A stretch of 64,000 nucleotides of DNA from Harriotta raleighana (lineage: Eukaryota). The position numbers and the translations under genes are program-made. The DNA lies in the NCBI GenBank assembly GCA_050575255.1, contig JBNZDD010013623.1, positions 2,901,912-2,965,911 of the forward strand, in the 5' to 3' direction. Below, one piece after another: positions 39,976 to 52,400 of the stretch (positions are counted from its first letter, which is position 1; the number at the start of each line of letters is the position of its first letter). The notes below the pieces were generated by a model, which saw only the letters and a list, made by a program, of their open reading frames with translations, had not been told where the DNA came from and did no database searches.

Positions 39976-40446
39976 TTATAGTTGATAAGATTGTTCATTG
40001 TTGTCATCCTCTGGTGCAAATGACACCCCCTTATTTCTGCCAGGCATGTCTTCCTCCATTTCCTCTCCATCATCATCATCACCTGTCTCTATAACATGCT
40101 CTTCCTTTGCCTCTGGATCAATGTCTTCCCTGAACCACACAGCCTTGTAGCCCTCATCTGATTTCCTTTCTTTGGTGAGGATGGATTTAACCTCTTTGTC
40201 ACCGTCACCGTCAATGTCTTCACTGTTTTGAGGTTTGCTTTTCTCTGAGGCTTTAGTCGGAGCGCTGGTCTGTAACTTGGGTTCCAGAACAGCCACCAGG
40301 GCTGCAGTTGATGCAACATTATTAGTCGGTTTCCAACTAGACTTCAGAATTCCCTTTTCCAGTCCACTTGGTTTTTCATCTTCTAGGTATCCTTGATTCA
40401 CAAACTGCAGACCATCTGATTTAGTGGCGACTGAACTTCCACCAAA
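39976..40446 (-). CDS. CDHR5: CDHR5 last exon, cytoplasmic tail (...FVNQGY...KSILTKERKSDEGYKAVWFREDI...EQSYQL*)
   Basis: cttacag acceptor; conserved CDHR5 SILTKER..GYKAVWF motif; stop codon. Confidence 0.93.
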   Translation of the reverse strand, partial: FGGSSVATKSDGLQFVNQGYLEDEKPSGLEKGILKSSWKPTNNVASTAALVAVLEPKLQTSAPTKASEKSKPQNSEDIDGDGDKEVKSILTKERKSDEGYKAVWFREDIDPEAKEEHVIETGDDDDGEEMEEDMPGRNKGVSFAPEDDNNEQSYQL

Positions 40447-43400
40447 CTGTAAGAGAAAACAAGAAGAGATCTCTTGGAGTTAGTGAATGATGTTTAATAG
40501 TGAATCACCACAGACTATCTCATTTGTCACTATTTTTGCAAGAGTGGGGGTAGGGGAGAGTTAATACTCCACAAATGATATAATTACATGCGAAAAAAAA
40601 GTATTTGGTGCATGTTACAATAACCTTGAAGTTGAGGAAAGAATAATAAATCCTGGCATTTGATACAGCACTTTTCATGTCTTCCAGACGTCTCAAAGCG
40701 CAACACAAAACATACTGTAAAGTGAATTGATTGTATATATTGTGGGCGAAATGGGCCTGAAATGGGTGGAAGATTATTAAATTCGATCTTAATTCGAAAG
40801 CTGGTTTTCCACAGTTTCCTTAAACAAAACGATTACAAGTTTAAGACTGACATGTAGTACATTAAGGCAAAATGAAGACCTTATAGGCAAGGGTGACGGA
40901 CTAGTTGGCCTAAATGGACTTTTCATAGTGTACAGTCAATATAATGGTATGTCAAATTTAAGTGAACCTAAGATGCCAAATGTGGGTACTTACGGCGTTT
41001 CTCTTGGCAACAGACAGTTTTCTTATTCGCTTCCACTCCATTTTACCTTTCGAGATTTTGCGTAGAAGGATTGCAATGATAATAAGGGCAATAAGCAGCA
41101 GTATTGCCAAGGGGACACCGAGAGCCACCATGTGCTTCACTTCATATACAAGCAATGGGTCAGCAGTTGGATAAGTGCCTGCAAAAGAGCATTTCCCATT
41201 TCAACAAACTTACCTTATACATTATCCTACCTCTAGCGAGTAATTGCATTTGTTCTTGTTCAAATGCTACAGAAATGTGGGTGAATGAAGGGAGGTGAGT
41301 GAAGAACCACAACAATTTATAGCAAATGATCCCTTTTAAATATCTACCCAGTTCCTTCTTGAAAGCTGATGTGCATTCTGCCATGACCGACCACTGCACA
41401 CAGAATTCTACATTCTTCAGGTATGAAATAAAATTCTCCAAATCCCCCACCTTTGCTTCTGCTCAATCTGTCACAAATGAATGGCCTGTAGTCACTGAGT
41501 CACTAATCAGTGGAGGCAATGTCTTCGCATTGACTTTATCAAAAACATGTGTCCACGGTTCAGAATGCAGGGGGTTATCATTCACAGTTTTTTTTCAAAG
41601 AGGGAAGAGAATCAGGAGAGTAAAGAACCAGTATATTCAGCACTGCATAAATACATTACAAAATTATATTTAAATAGTGACTTTCACATTAGGAAAACGT
41701 CCCAAGGCACTGGACAGTCAGGGATTTGGACCTGAGCTGTGAGTGGAGCAAATTACTAGGGACAGAGAATGGTAAGAGAGAGCAAGATTTAAAAATGCAG
41801 AAACAAATAAAAATTCCTAATATGCCATTCCATTTATAATCCAGTCCAACTCAAACTTCTTGTTACTTACCTCAAGTCATGTTATGTACAAAGCATAAAC
41901 ACTTTAATATTTATCAGTGTTATCGATAATTACAAGATAAAAAACCAGTGATATATGCAATCTCTACGGAGACTTAGTAAATATTGCTTTCACTCATTTA
42001 AAGTGCTTAACAGTGCAAAAGTGAAAAACAGTGAGGGTTAGTTACTCATTATACACAAAGACAGTATTCATACAATATGCACTGTGACCAACCATGTCTC
42101 ACCAGCCAGAAAACACTCTTGCAATACATTTTACCTTCCAGGCTTTTGTTTTTGTTTAATGTTGAATATTTTTAATGCTTGCTGACCATTCCCAGCCAAT
42201 AATTGACCATGTTTCTGAAAGTCTCATATGTCCTATTTCAAATTGTGGGACAACATAAATAATCCTTATGTTTGTTGAAGCATCTTATCACATCATCGAG
42301 GCACCTCTGTGAGATTTTACTGTGAACTTCAATGACTGTATTTTGAAGGCAAACATGGCAGCTAATTAGTGTAAGTGACATCCCTACAGACAGCCATGAA
42401 GTGATTGACTGATTTTAGCTAGAGGATTGTTGGTTAGTGCAACACACTTTTTGCAGGGTCATATGCACTTATTCCCATTTAAACAGCATGGAAATGTGAT
42501 AGCAATTGCTGAGGTAGGTACCATCAAGTATAAGGCAGGAGTCACCTCTGGCATCTCCAGCATATGACGGTGGCAAAAATCCAACAGGAGTGAGAGTTTG
42601 AGAAGACACTATGAGTCTATAGTGTATAGAACTATAAGTCACTGATTCAGAACTAGAATTTACAGTTGGTGAAGTGCCTTGACATGAAGGACTATTTGGC
42701 ACCACAACAAGAATGTTTGAATCCAGTGTCACCCTATAAATCTGGTACAATGTCATCACAAAGTAGCTTGTACCTTTGCTATATATATTCATTTCTGCTG
42801 GGTCAAGGTGAGGGCTGTCAGCTAGAGCTAGATGACTTGTTGAGAATTTGTTCCCTATAGCTGACACTGAAGGAGAAGTGTGTACCTCTCGTCTGGGTCC
42901 AGTGGGACAGTAAATGAAATTGTTGCCATCAAAGAAAACCAGTTAAGAGATCCATTGTCCCTCCTCCACTTCAAGTCCAACATCACTGCTCCAGCCAATG
43001 CCAACTACGAACCAACCAAAGGGACATACCTTATTTCCAAGAGTTAGATTATTCAAAATGTTTGTTTTCTATCAATAAAAACATTTTATGAGACTTTATA
43101 ATAGTTACACAGTATTTATGTGTCACGTAACCATGTTTGTTGTATATGTATTTAAACATTATGGAGTCAAAATTGTAGTATGTGATATTATCACCTGATG
43201 CAACTTAGATTCCATTACATTAATAATTTATTAAATCTGCCCAACTATTTCTAATCATTATATATGCAAATATGTATATATATCTCAGTTAAAGAGACAC
43301 ACAGAAAAATGCCTTATCTTTTTGTTTTGCATCAAAAAGCACAATTGCTTGAAAATATAATAGATTTAGGGATTATCCTATGCAAATTCTGGTAATTTAT

Positions 43401-46400
43401 CTTCGAACCTTCATGTGAAGCCAAACTCAAACGGGTTGGGTGAAAACACAAATAAAGAGAATTATTCTCATCAAACAGGGCAGTGAATAGTGCGGAGACA
43501 CCACAGCATGGAATTCAGCCTCAAGTCAAGGCCACCACCTCCCGTGTGGGCCGAAATAACCATCACATAATGTTGTGCAGAAACACGTCTGAGCAAGTAA
43601 ATTGATGCTGAGTCTGGGTTTAAAATCAAGTTGATAATTATTACCAAGTTCTGTACTTCAACAAATATTATCTCCGGGAAGATATGGTTGAGGCTGGGGA
43701 TGCTAGGACTCATTTAGAAATGAACAGTTCTGTGCTGTGATGGGAGGACAGAGGTCTGGAACAATAACAACAAACAACAAGTTGCATTTGTATAGCACCT
43801 TTTAAGTTGGGAGGGCATCCCAAGGCGCTGAAGGATGGAAGAATGAGATCAAGTGGCCCAAAGGACCTTCTTCACCGAATCCATCTTAAGAAGAGAATTG
43901 AAGGTTTTTGCCCAAATTGCACCCCACGCCCCAACACTGCTGTCTTGTGTTAATCTGCTTCACAGGTAAGTTCGCTGACACCATTTTCCAGTGATGATCT
44001 TTACTCGGAGGTTATTGTATTCTCTGTGTTCTTTACTCTTCATTGAATGCTTTGTCCATCTTCCTCGTGCATGAGTAAAATACAAGGCCTTTGTCATCTC
44101 TTTTACAGGTAATGGAAAAGTCAAAGTCGACCCAGAGAAAATGTTTCTGGTAACAGAGAAAGGATAATAGCAACAAGAACTGAGAAAGTACCAGAGAGTT
44201 TGGCCTATCACAGAATAAATAGTATCAATCTGTACAAATTTGAATAAACATGTACTCTAACATATATAAAACACCACGAAACACCCTTGCCATGTGCCAT
44301 GAAATATCCAGGTAGATGAGTCGTCTTCTTCTTATACTATAATATCCCTGAAGTCATTGTAGACAATGTTAAATCTTTCCAATTGTTTTGGCTCACAGGA
44401 GAGCTAATCTTGGAGCTTTAAAACAATGCATATGCTCTCAGCAAAGTGCGACTCGAACTTGCACTAACCCAGGGATTTTTGCTGTATAGCTATCAGCAAA
44501 CATCTGCCATCAGACACTTTCCCCGCTCGTTGTGTTGCCAATTGAGGGCAAGAACTTGTTGTAGGCAGTCTTGTAGAGATGGCACTGGGTTCTGGGAGTC
44601 GAATGTGCATCAAATGCCAGAGACTTTGTTGGAGGAGAGTTGCACCATGGAACCTGAGGGCAACACTCCTACCTATGCTATCCTGAGTAGCCTTACAAGT
44701 ATATTGAAAGAGGAAGAGAATCTCAGAGGCACATCCAAAGGCAAATTAGGTGACTGATCAGTTAGGGAACCCAAAATATTGCCTAGAGTGTCCTGCTCAC
44801 TGCAACAGGTGAGGATAGCAGAGTGGCCCATTAATTGCCATAGATAATGGAAAGAAAAGGTGTCTGATAGCCCTGTGTCATGTGAATGTAGCATTAATGC
44901 ATCAGATAGAATGGTATTGCAAGGTTGTTTTACTGATGTTTACCAGAACTGGTGAACACAGCCTTGTACAGGAAATTATCGTTCCCCCGTAAAATAAACC
45001 CGAAAGAGACCCCAGGAAAACAAGCGTGAGTTCACTCCTCAACCCATGGTAAAAGTCACCCTCAATTAGGAATAGTCACCAACAGACATCTCAGGGTTAG
45101 CAGTGATCTTAAACGGTAGAGGTGGGAATAACAAATACAATACAGGGTTAAAGTTCCGCAAAGTTCATTGTGAAAGCGTTTCGCTTCAAGCCGCAAAGTT
45201 CATTGTGAAAGAGTTTAGCTTCAAGCCGCAAAGTTCAATGTGAAAGCGTTTCGCTTCAAGCCGCAAAGTTCATTGTGAAAGAGTTTAGCTTCAAGCCGCG
45301 AAGTTCGTTGTGGAGGCGTTTAGCTCCAAACGAGGAAAGGAATTGATATCGGTAACAGTGAGAGATGAGGCAGACAATAGGAAGCAATAATGGCGATCAG
45401 CCCATTTGATATAGAGTATTGCTCAGAAGTAACAACTCGGGGGAGGGGAAAAAGCATTCAATCAGTAAAGTGATCTGGTTCTCAATGTTATTTCTCCGAT
45501 GGCAATCAACTCAGCTCTACAAACTTCTCTTAAATTCAACTACTGAGTCCCAGAATTATCTTCGTTCATCAATAACAAACAACTTACATTTATATAGCGC
45601 CCCTCAAGCAGGGAAGCATCCCAGAGCGCTGAACTCCTTTGACCCCTTCCCAATACACAAAGAGTTCCCTAAACCGCCCATTATTCGTGGCCTCATCAAT
45701 AATCCAAACAGTCTTTTGACCCATAATCATACAATGCTCACATGTTCCATAATATTTGGTTAGATTCTTTAATGGCAGTTTCATATTGACTGACCAATTT
45801 TAGTAAGTGATCAATAATCACTCACATATTCTATTCCTGCATCATCCAATGCACATCCTTTTGTGCCTGTTTCAAAATGCTCCATATTGGATTATCTACA
45901 TTAAGTCTACTTTTTTGTCGTATGTCTTCTTAATTGAACCCAGATGTCCTGTTGTACACCACGATCATTGCTTTACTCATCTCCCTTTAAGGTATGATTG
46001 TCCAAGTTAGGAAATAAGAAGTAGTCTTCAATTGAAATTCAGCCCTTCAAGATCGAGGTGGATAGATTTTGGGCAGGAAGGAGGAGAGAAGAGAGTTGCT
46101 AAATTGCGCAATACTCAATATCAAAAAGAGAGAAATTAAATCATTTTAGTCCAGTCTGAGTTGGTTTGTGTAGGAAAAATAAAAGCACTCAGACACATAA
46201 GTTTAAGCAAGAGATAAATGAAAGAGCTTGTGCCAGGATCTGAAATGCAATCAAGGAGAAGATGGGATCCACTCTCTGTAGTGGTGCCTTCAGACTGCCT
46301 ACCCATGTTTGGACAAGGACTGAAAGGCATGAGTCCCAGGTAGCTTACTTGTTGATCCGGTTGCTGTCCCATCGGGTGGCCCTGGCTTAGCTGTTGAGTC

Positions 46401-49400
46401 CGAAGTGACCCCTGGAGATGGTGGGTAGTGTGTCAGGCCACTGGAACTCGTAGTGCTACCAGTGACTGGTCCAGGACCAGGACCTGGGGACTTTGTTATA
46501 GTGGTACTTGTAGATCCAGGCGACTTGGGAGTGCTACTTTGAGTCCCTGTGGGCTTAATTCCAGGTATTGAGGACTGTGGCAGGGTCGTTGACCCTGTGT
46601 GGGTGGGCTCAGGACTCGGAGGTTGAGTGGGTGGCTTTGTTGGCCGTGATCCACCAGAGACTGTAGTTGCTGCTGTTGTTGTTGCTGATGCTGGATTAGA
46701 AATTAGTTAATTTTAAAACATTTTGCGAAACAAAGCTGATGTAAACAGAAGGTAAAACAAATTGCTTCGTAAATATCGATTTCACTTAAACACTGATCAC
46801 AGACTAGAAAATAATTGTGTCATTGATGTCATGCTCAGCAATGTTATAAGGAGAGGTGTGCTGATGAAAGTGGGCAGTGAAGGGGGTGGAAAACAGGACA
46901 TTTTACTTATTGCCCTTGACATCTTTGCCTGATCTCTATTTCATTCCTCCCCATTGCAACGTTTGGTGTCATCAAACATGACATGCAACACTTCACATGC
47001 GCCATTTCACCTCATTGCATGTGCTACAAAATCGCACTATACTCTCCCACTCCCCAACACACACATGTTAAGCACTGGTACCTGCATTGGCGCTAAACAG
47101 ATGTAAGACAAAGGTATCAGTGAACTCTCCCACCCTCTGCATATCTCTGAGGTGACACCTTTCACTCTTCAGCTAATTAATCTACCACTTTCACGATCTG
47201 TATTATGCCTCAGTTGCAGTTCTGAGATTGTTTAGCACGCAGCCAGTGTACTGAGATATGTTTTGTGATATTCAACCTCTGGAACACATTGTATTCCTTC
47301 CAGTAACTTACAACATTGCTGTGTATGACTAGCACTTTTTTGATGCTTAAGCTTTGATTTGTCTGATTAAAGTGCTTTCCTCAGTTTTATGCAGAAGCCT
47401 GCCTTCAAAAGAAAGCCCATAACATTGGATAACCCACATTCTTTGTAGCAAAAAGCTCCAATTATTTTGTTCAAGATTGCTAAAGTTCTGCCTCTAAACT
47501 TGGCAACACATTGGAGGTCAGGCTGGTGACTAGGCTGGGTCAGGAGTCTGTTATGTATATGAAGGTCCAGTTAATAGCTGGGTAATTTGCAGATAATGAA
47601 GAATTGGTGTAAAATATATGAAATTTAGAGCTGTTTAACTGGACCACGTGATTCTACATGAGAATCATGTGGTTTCTAATATGAGTTCAGCCCAAGCAAA
47701 GCACATTGAAACACCCAAGCGACACTAGGTGTAAGAACACCAAATATTTCATCTTGTCCCTGCTAGCGGTGGTAGCTCAGCCATTGGCAGGTATATAGTC
47801 CAACACTGAGCCTCCTTGGAAAGAGTCCGCATTCCCTTGACCCTGGTATTAGACACCACACTGCCTCTGCTGCTTCTCACAACATCAGGGCACGGAAATT
47901 CATGGATTTACTACATTTTTGCTCCATACCCTTCTCCTATAATCTCGGGTAACAATTTTCCAGCCTTTTCCCTTTTGCTCTTCCCCCACAGAGCTTGTTC
48001 TCTAGCTAAGCCTGACTTGGTTCCTATGCTGCCGATTGATAAAGAAAATGTCTTTCTTTGTATAATAAACTTCTTTACATTCTTCATACCAATAGTGAAC
48101 TTAACGCCTCTCTCTCTCTTTCTCTGTGTCCCTTTAGTTTCATGCTGATGCCTCAAAGCTCCCAACTTGTGATGTGTTTATCTACTTCAATGGTTGTGAA
48201 AATCAGGATTCAGGACCTACAATATACACTATACGTCTTCTTCCCTGGAGTTATGTCCTCACCACTCAGATATTGAATTGAAAGTTCAATGTGATGTTCA
48301 CTGTCCCATAATCGGTCTTGTAGTATCATTCCATCAGTGCAACATCTAGGGTCACTTAGGGTCACTTAGGGTTCAGTGATTCTCTTTGAGGTGGTTCAAA
48401 GTCAACCAAAGCTGTCCTTTCTCCAATTACGTACACGATGGAGAAGAGATGATGGGTGGGTGAGTCAACCCAGATTGACTCAATTACTTCAGAGTAATCA
48501 GTTACAACACAACGTAACAAATATGAAATGCTAAGATAGTGCTAGGACCGAAGGAACAGCCTAAAATGAGAACATTCACTACACATCTCTAAAGAATGTA
48601 AGGTAAGCAGAAACATAAAGTCCTACCTTGCCTTCAGTTGTAACCAAAAGGTTGGCAATATTACATTTGGCAACCAATACCCACAAACTCAAAGGATGAG
48701 TCTACAATTCTTCTGTACCTCTCAATTTCTCATCAATTCCATTCACCTCTTAGTTCACAAGCTATTAGCAAAACAAATGACTCTCCCTCTCCCCCAAAAT
48801 GAAGCCCAAAACTTATTTGCTATAAGGAAACTTAGTCTTCCGTCGCTATCACCATTAAAGCTATTCTATTTGTGCAAATCTATCAAAGGAGAGCAGCGAA
48901 AACTAATGAAAAATTGTAAGTGGAAGGACTGGTATCTTTAGCTAATGAAAAATTATGAGCAGGAACGTTTCTGAAAAGAACCCCAAAGTATTGAAAGTCC
49001 AGGTTTATCCATATCAGGCCTATAGTATTTGCAATTCCATTCCAGTAATGTTGAGAGCAATACAAAAGTGCTTGTAGCATCTTGGAAAGTCCTGGCAATT
49101 AGAGAAAGTTATTATCTCCTGGGTCAATGTCCACTGGGCGTAGTGCTGCTCAATTCACAACACTTCCCTTGAACACATGAAATAACATTGGGCAATGAGA
49201 ATGTTAATTACAATGCAAGCTGTAAACAATGACGTTGGGTTCATCCAGATTTTACAATGGGTGTGTTTTCCACAATGGCTGCTACAAGTCTTTGTGACAG
49301 TTCAACTTTCAAAGTGCAGGGAGCTACCCAGGCTGGATAATAATAATATTAATACTTGCATCATCATGTATTCAAGCTGTCTCAAAGGGTTTCACAGAAT

Positions 49401-52400
49401 GTCCTGTAAAGTGAATTGATTGAGTGGACAAAACGTGGCAGCCAATTGCGCACAGCAATGTCCCACAAATCAGTCATTTAGATGAGTCTAACTGGAAATG
49501 CAAGACCAGAAGAGCAAGATTTCCTTGAAGTCTGAATTTCTCAGGCAAGCTGAGAGCATTTCTACATGTGCTCCAAAGAGTAAGGAGCAAATGCATTTCA
49601 AAAAGATTTGAGCATCAAGGATTTCAATCATGTAAGAAGCATTGCATCTGGCAGGCAGTCCATTGTGGAAGAATAGGGAGGAAGGAATGAGAAGGAAGCC
49701 CTGTGCAGCAATAGGATATGGCAATGCATCGTTATTCTGTCAGGGTATGAGTATTAAGACTTAATGTATCACACTACGTTTTGCAGTGGAGAATGAAAGA
49801 TTCAATGCTGAACACTGAAAATTGGCTTGGACTTTGCAAACATGGACTATCAAAACCAGATGAAATCAAATCTCAATCCTCATCCCTAAGAATAGATTGC
49901 ATCTATGGTTATATTTTTACAATTCCTTTCTTCTTTGTGTTTTCAATGCCAAATGTCTTTGCATCACCATGTCTGTTGGAAGTCTATTGGATTTCCTTTC
50001 AAATTTACTTGAACGTAGTAAACCCATGTCACAAAGCTGTAGCCACATTGACACCTGACACAAGCTGTCCACAAAGGGCTATCAAATACCATTAAACATT
50101 TAAGGCAAATTTTGTTCCCCTTAAAAACAACCTCTTCAATAATGAAAATTACTGACCCAATTCTTCGCTGGATTAATTCATAGAGTAACTCATTGTTTAT
50201 GAATTACAAATTCATAAACAAATGGTTTGTAATAGGATATCCCAACTAATTCCAGCCTACTCTGCTGTCCTTTCATTTTACAGCTCAACTTCTAAATGCT
50301 GCCTGGCTTGGATTGTAGTCCTCATTAGCTACAATGGCTTGGACTGTAGCCCCATCTCATGGGATATCCCATGAGATAGGTCTTTAAAATGTGCCCCTCA
50401 TTAATCACATTGGAATGATTAGGTGAGTATAGCTGGCATTATGTCATAAGTGGCTCCATGTGTTTTGTAAGTATCGTAGGAGATGACACCCAATTCTATC
50501 TTTCTGCCTCCACCCTCAATTCCTGACAGACATCAAGTGCTGGATGAGAGCTAACTTCCTACAGTTAAATGTCAACAAGACTGAGGCCCTCCCGAATGGC
50601 TCTCACCTTCGCCTCTGTATCGCAGGCACTAGCAGCATCAACCTCCATTGTTGCACACTCCACCTCATCCAGTCAATTTAGTACCTAGTTACTATATCTT
50701 GTTTGATGCTCAACTGTATTATCTCCCCCACTTCCATACCATGACCTGCTCTTCCTTCCCTCACCTCCACAACATTGCCCACCCATTAGCTCACCCCTCA
50801 GGCTACTGAAACTCTCATTCCTGCCATCATCATGTCCAGGCTTGCCTATGTCAATGCCCTGCTTGTCGGCCTCCCCAACTCCTCTTTCCATAGGCTGCAG
50901 ATCATCCAGAACTCTGCAGTTTATGTGCTCTCCCGCACCCAAACCCTATCACCCCCATTCTCACCCGACTCCACTGGCTTCCCATCACCCAGAGGAGTCA
51001 ATTCAAGATCCTGGTCCTCACCTTTGAAGCCCTCCATTGTCTTGCCCTACCCACCTCTGTGTCCTACTAACCCTCCACCAACCTGTATGCTCTCTCCGCT
51101 CAACGGGCTTCAGCCTGCTCCATGTACCCCTGATCCACACTCCCCACCATTGGCGGGTGAGCCTTCAGCCACTCTGATCCCAACCTTTGGAATTCCATCC
51201 CGAAATTCCTCCCTAGCCTCCTTCAAGTCCTGCCTTAATACCCTCCTCTTCAACCATGCCTTTGGTCACCCTCCCTTCCGCTCCCTTCCCTCCNNNNNNN
51301 NNNNNNNNNNNNNNNNNNNNNNNNNNNNNNNNNNNNNNNNNNNNNNNNNNNNNNNNNNNNNNNNNNNNNNNNNNNNNNNNNNNNNNNNNNNNNNNNNNNN
51401 NNNNNNNNNNNNNNNNNNNNNNNNNNNNNNNNNNNNNNNACCCTCCACAATCCCGACCCCCTTCTTGGGTCCAAAACACTGACTGTCCAACACATTGGGA
51501 TGTTCTTCTGACATGAAAGGATCTATATAAATGTAATTTTGTCATTGTTGTAGACGTACATTGCAATAGTGCTTTTATTGATGTTCAACACTATAATTTC
51601 ATTAAATTAATAATGTAATGTGTTTGTTGGATTCTTGCATTATTAATTTTGATCTTAATGGAATGTTATTGATTCTTATGTGGATTTTAACGTCTCATGT
51701 TACTTAACCTCCCTCTTTCTCCTTCACTTGTTAATTTCAATAGTTTTCTACTACACACTGCTTTGTTCTGTTGAGCTGCTCTCTGTATAATGATGCTCAA
51801 GCGAATGAGGGCTACAGTCCATGGCAGGCAGAGTTCAGAAGTTGAGCCGTAATGTGAAGGGACATTGGGGTGACGTTGGGATACCAGTTGACATTGGGAA
51901 AGCACTCTCTGTAAAGATGCTTTACACATGGTGTTCCTGAGTCTATAACTAGCGAGACCAGGACCTTGGGTATGTTCACCTTATTTGAGAATCCAGTTTT
52001 GGTTTCTGGGAAAATTGTTAATACACTGAGGTCAGGTTCAGTGGTTGGCCATAGAATGGCTCCTGGAGAGCCAGGTGGATGGGAGTTTTTTTTGACTAGA
52101 TCCCATCGTCCTACCTGAAATAGATCCAGGTATTGGGGCCTATGGTGAGTTAGATCCCGGAGATACTATTGGTTCTTTAGGAGAAGTGGGTCCTGTACCT
52201 AGAGGCTGATTGGTTGGGTTGGTTGGTCTAGTACCTGGAGGCTGATTGGTTGGGTTAGTTGGTCCAGTACCTGGAGGCTGATTGGTTGGTTTGGTTGGCC
52301 CAGTACCTGGAGGCTGATTGGTTGGTTTGGTTGGCCCAGTACCTGGAGGCTGATTGGTTGGTTTGGTTGGTCCTGTACCTGGAGGCTGATTGGTTGGTTT

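Noticed and set aside
45156-45329. CRISPR-like appearance of 35-bp repeats
   Set aside because: Units are directly adjacent with no unique spacers, in a eukaryotic intron with no cas genes.
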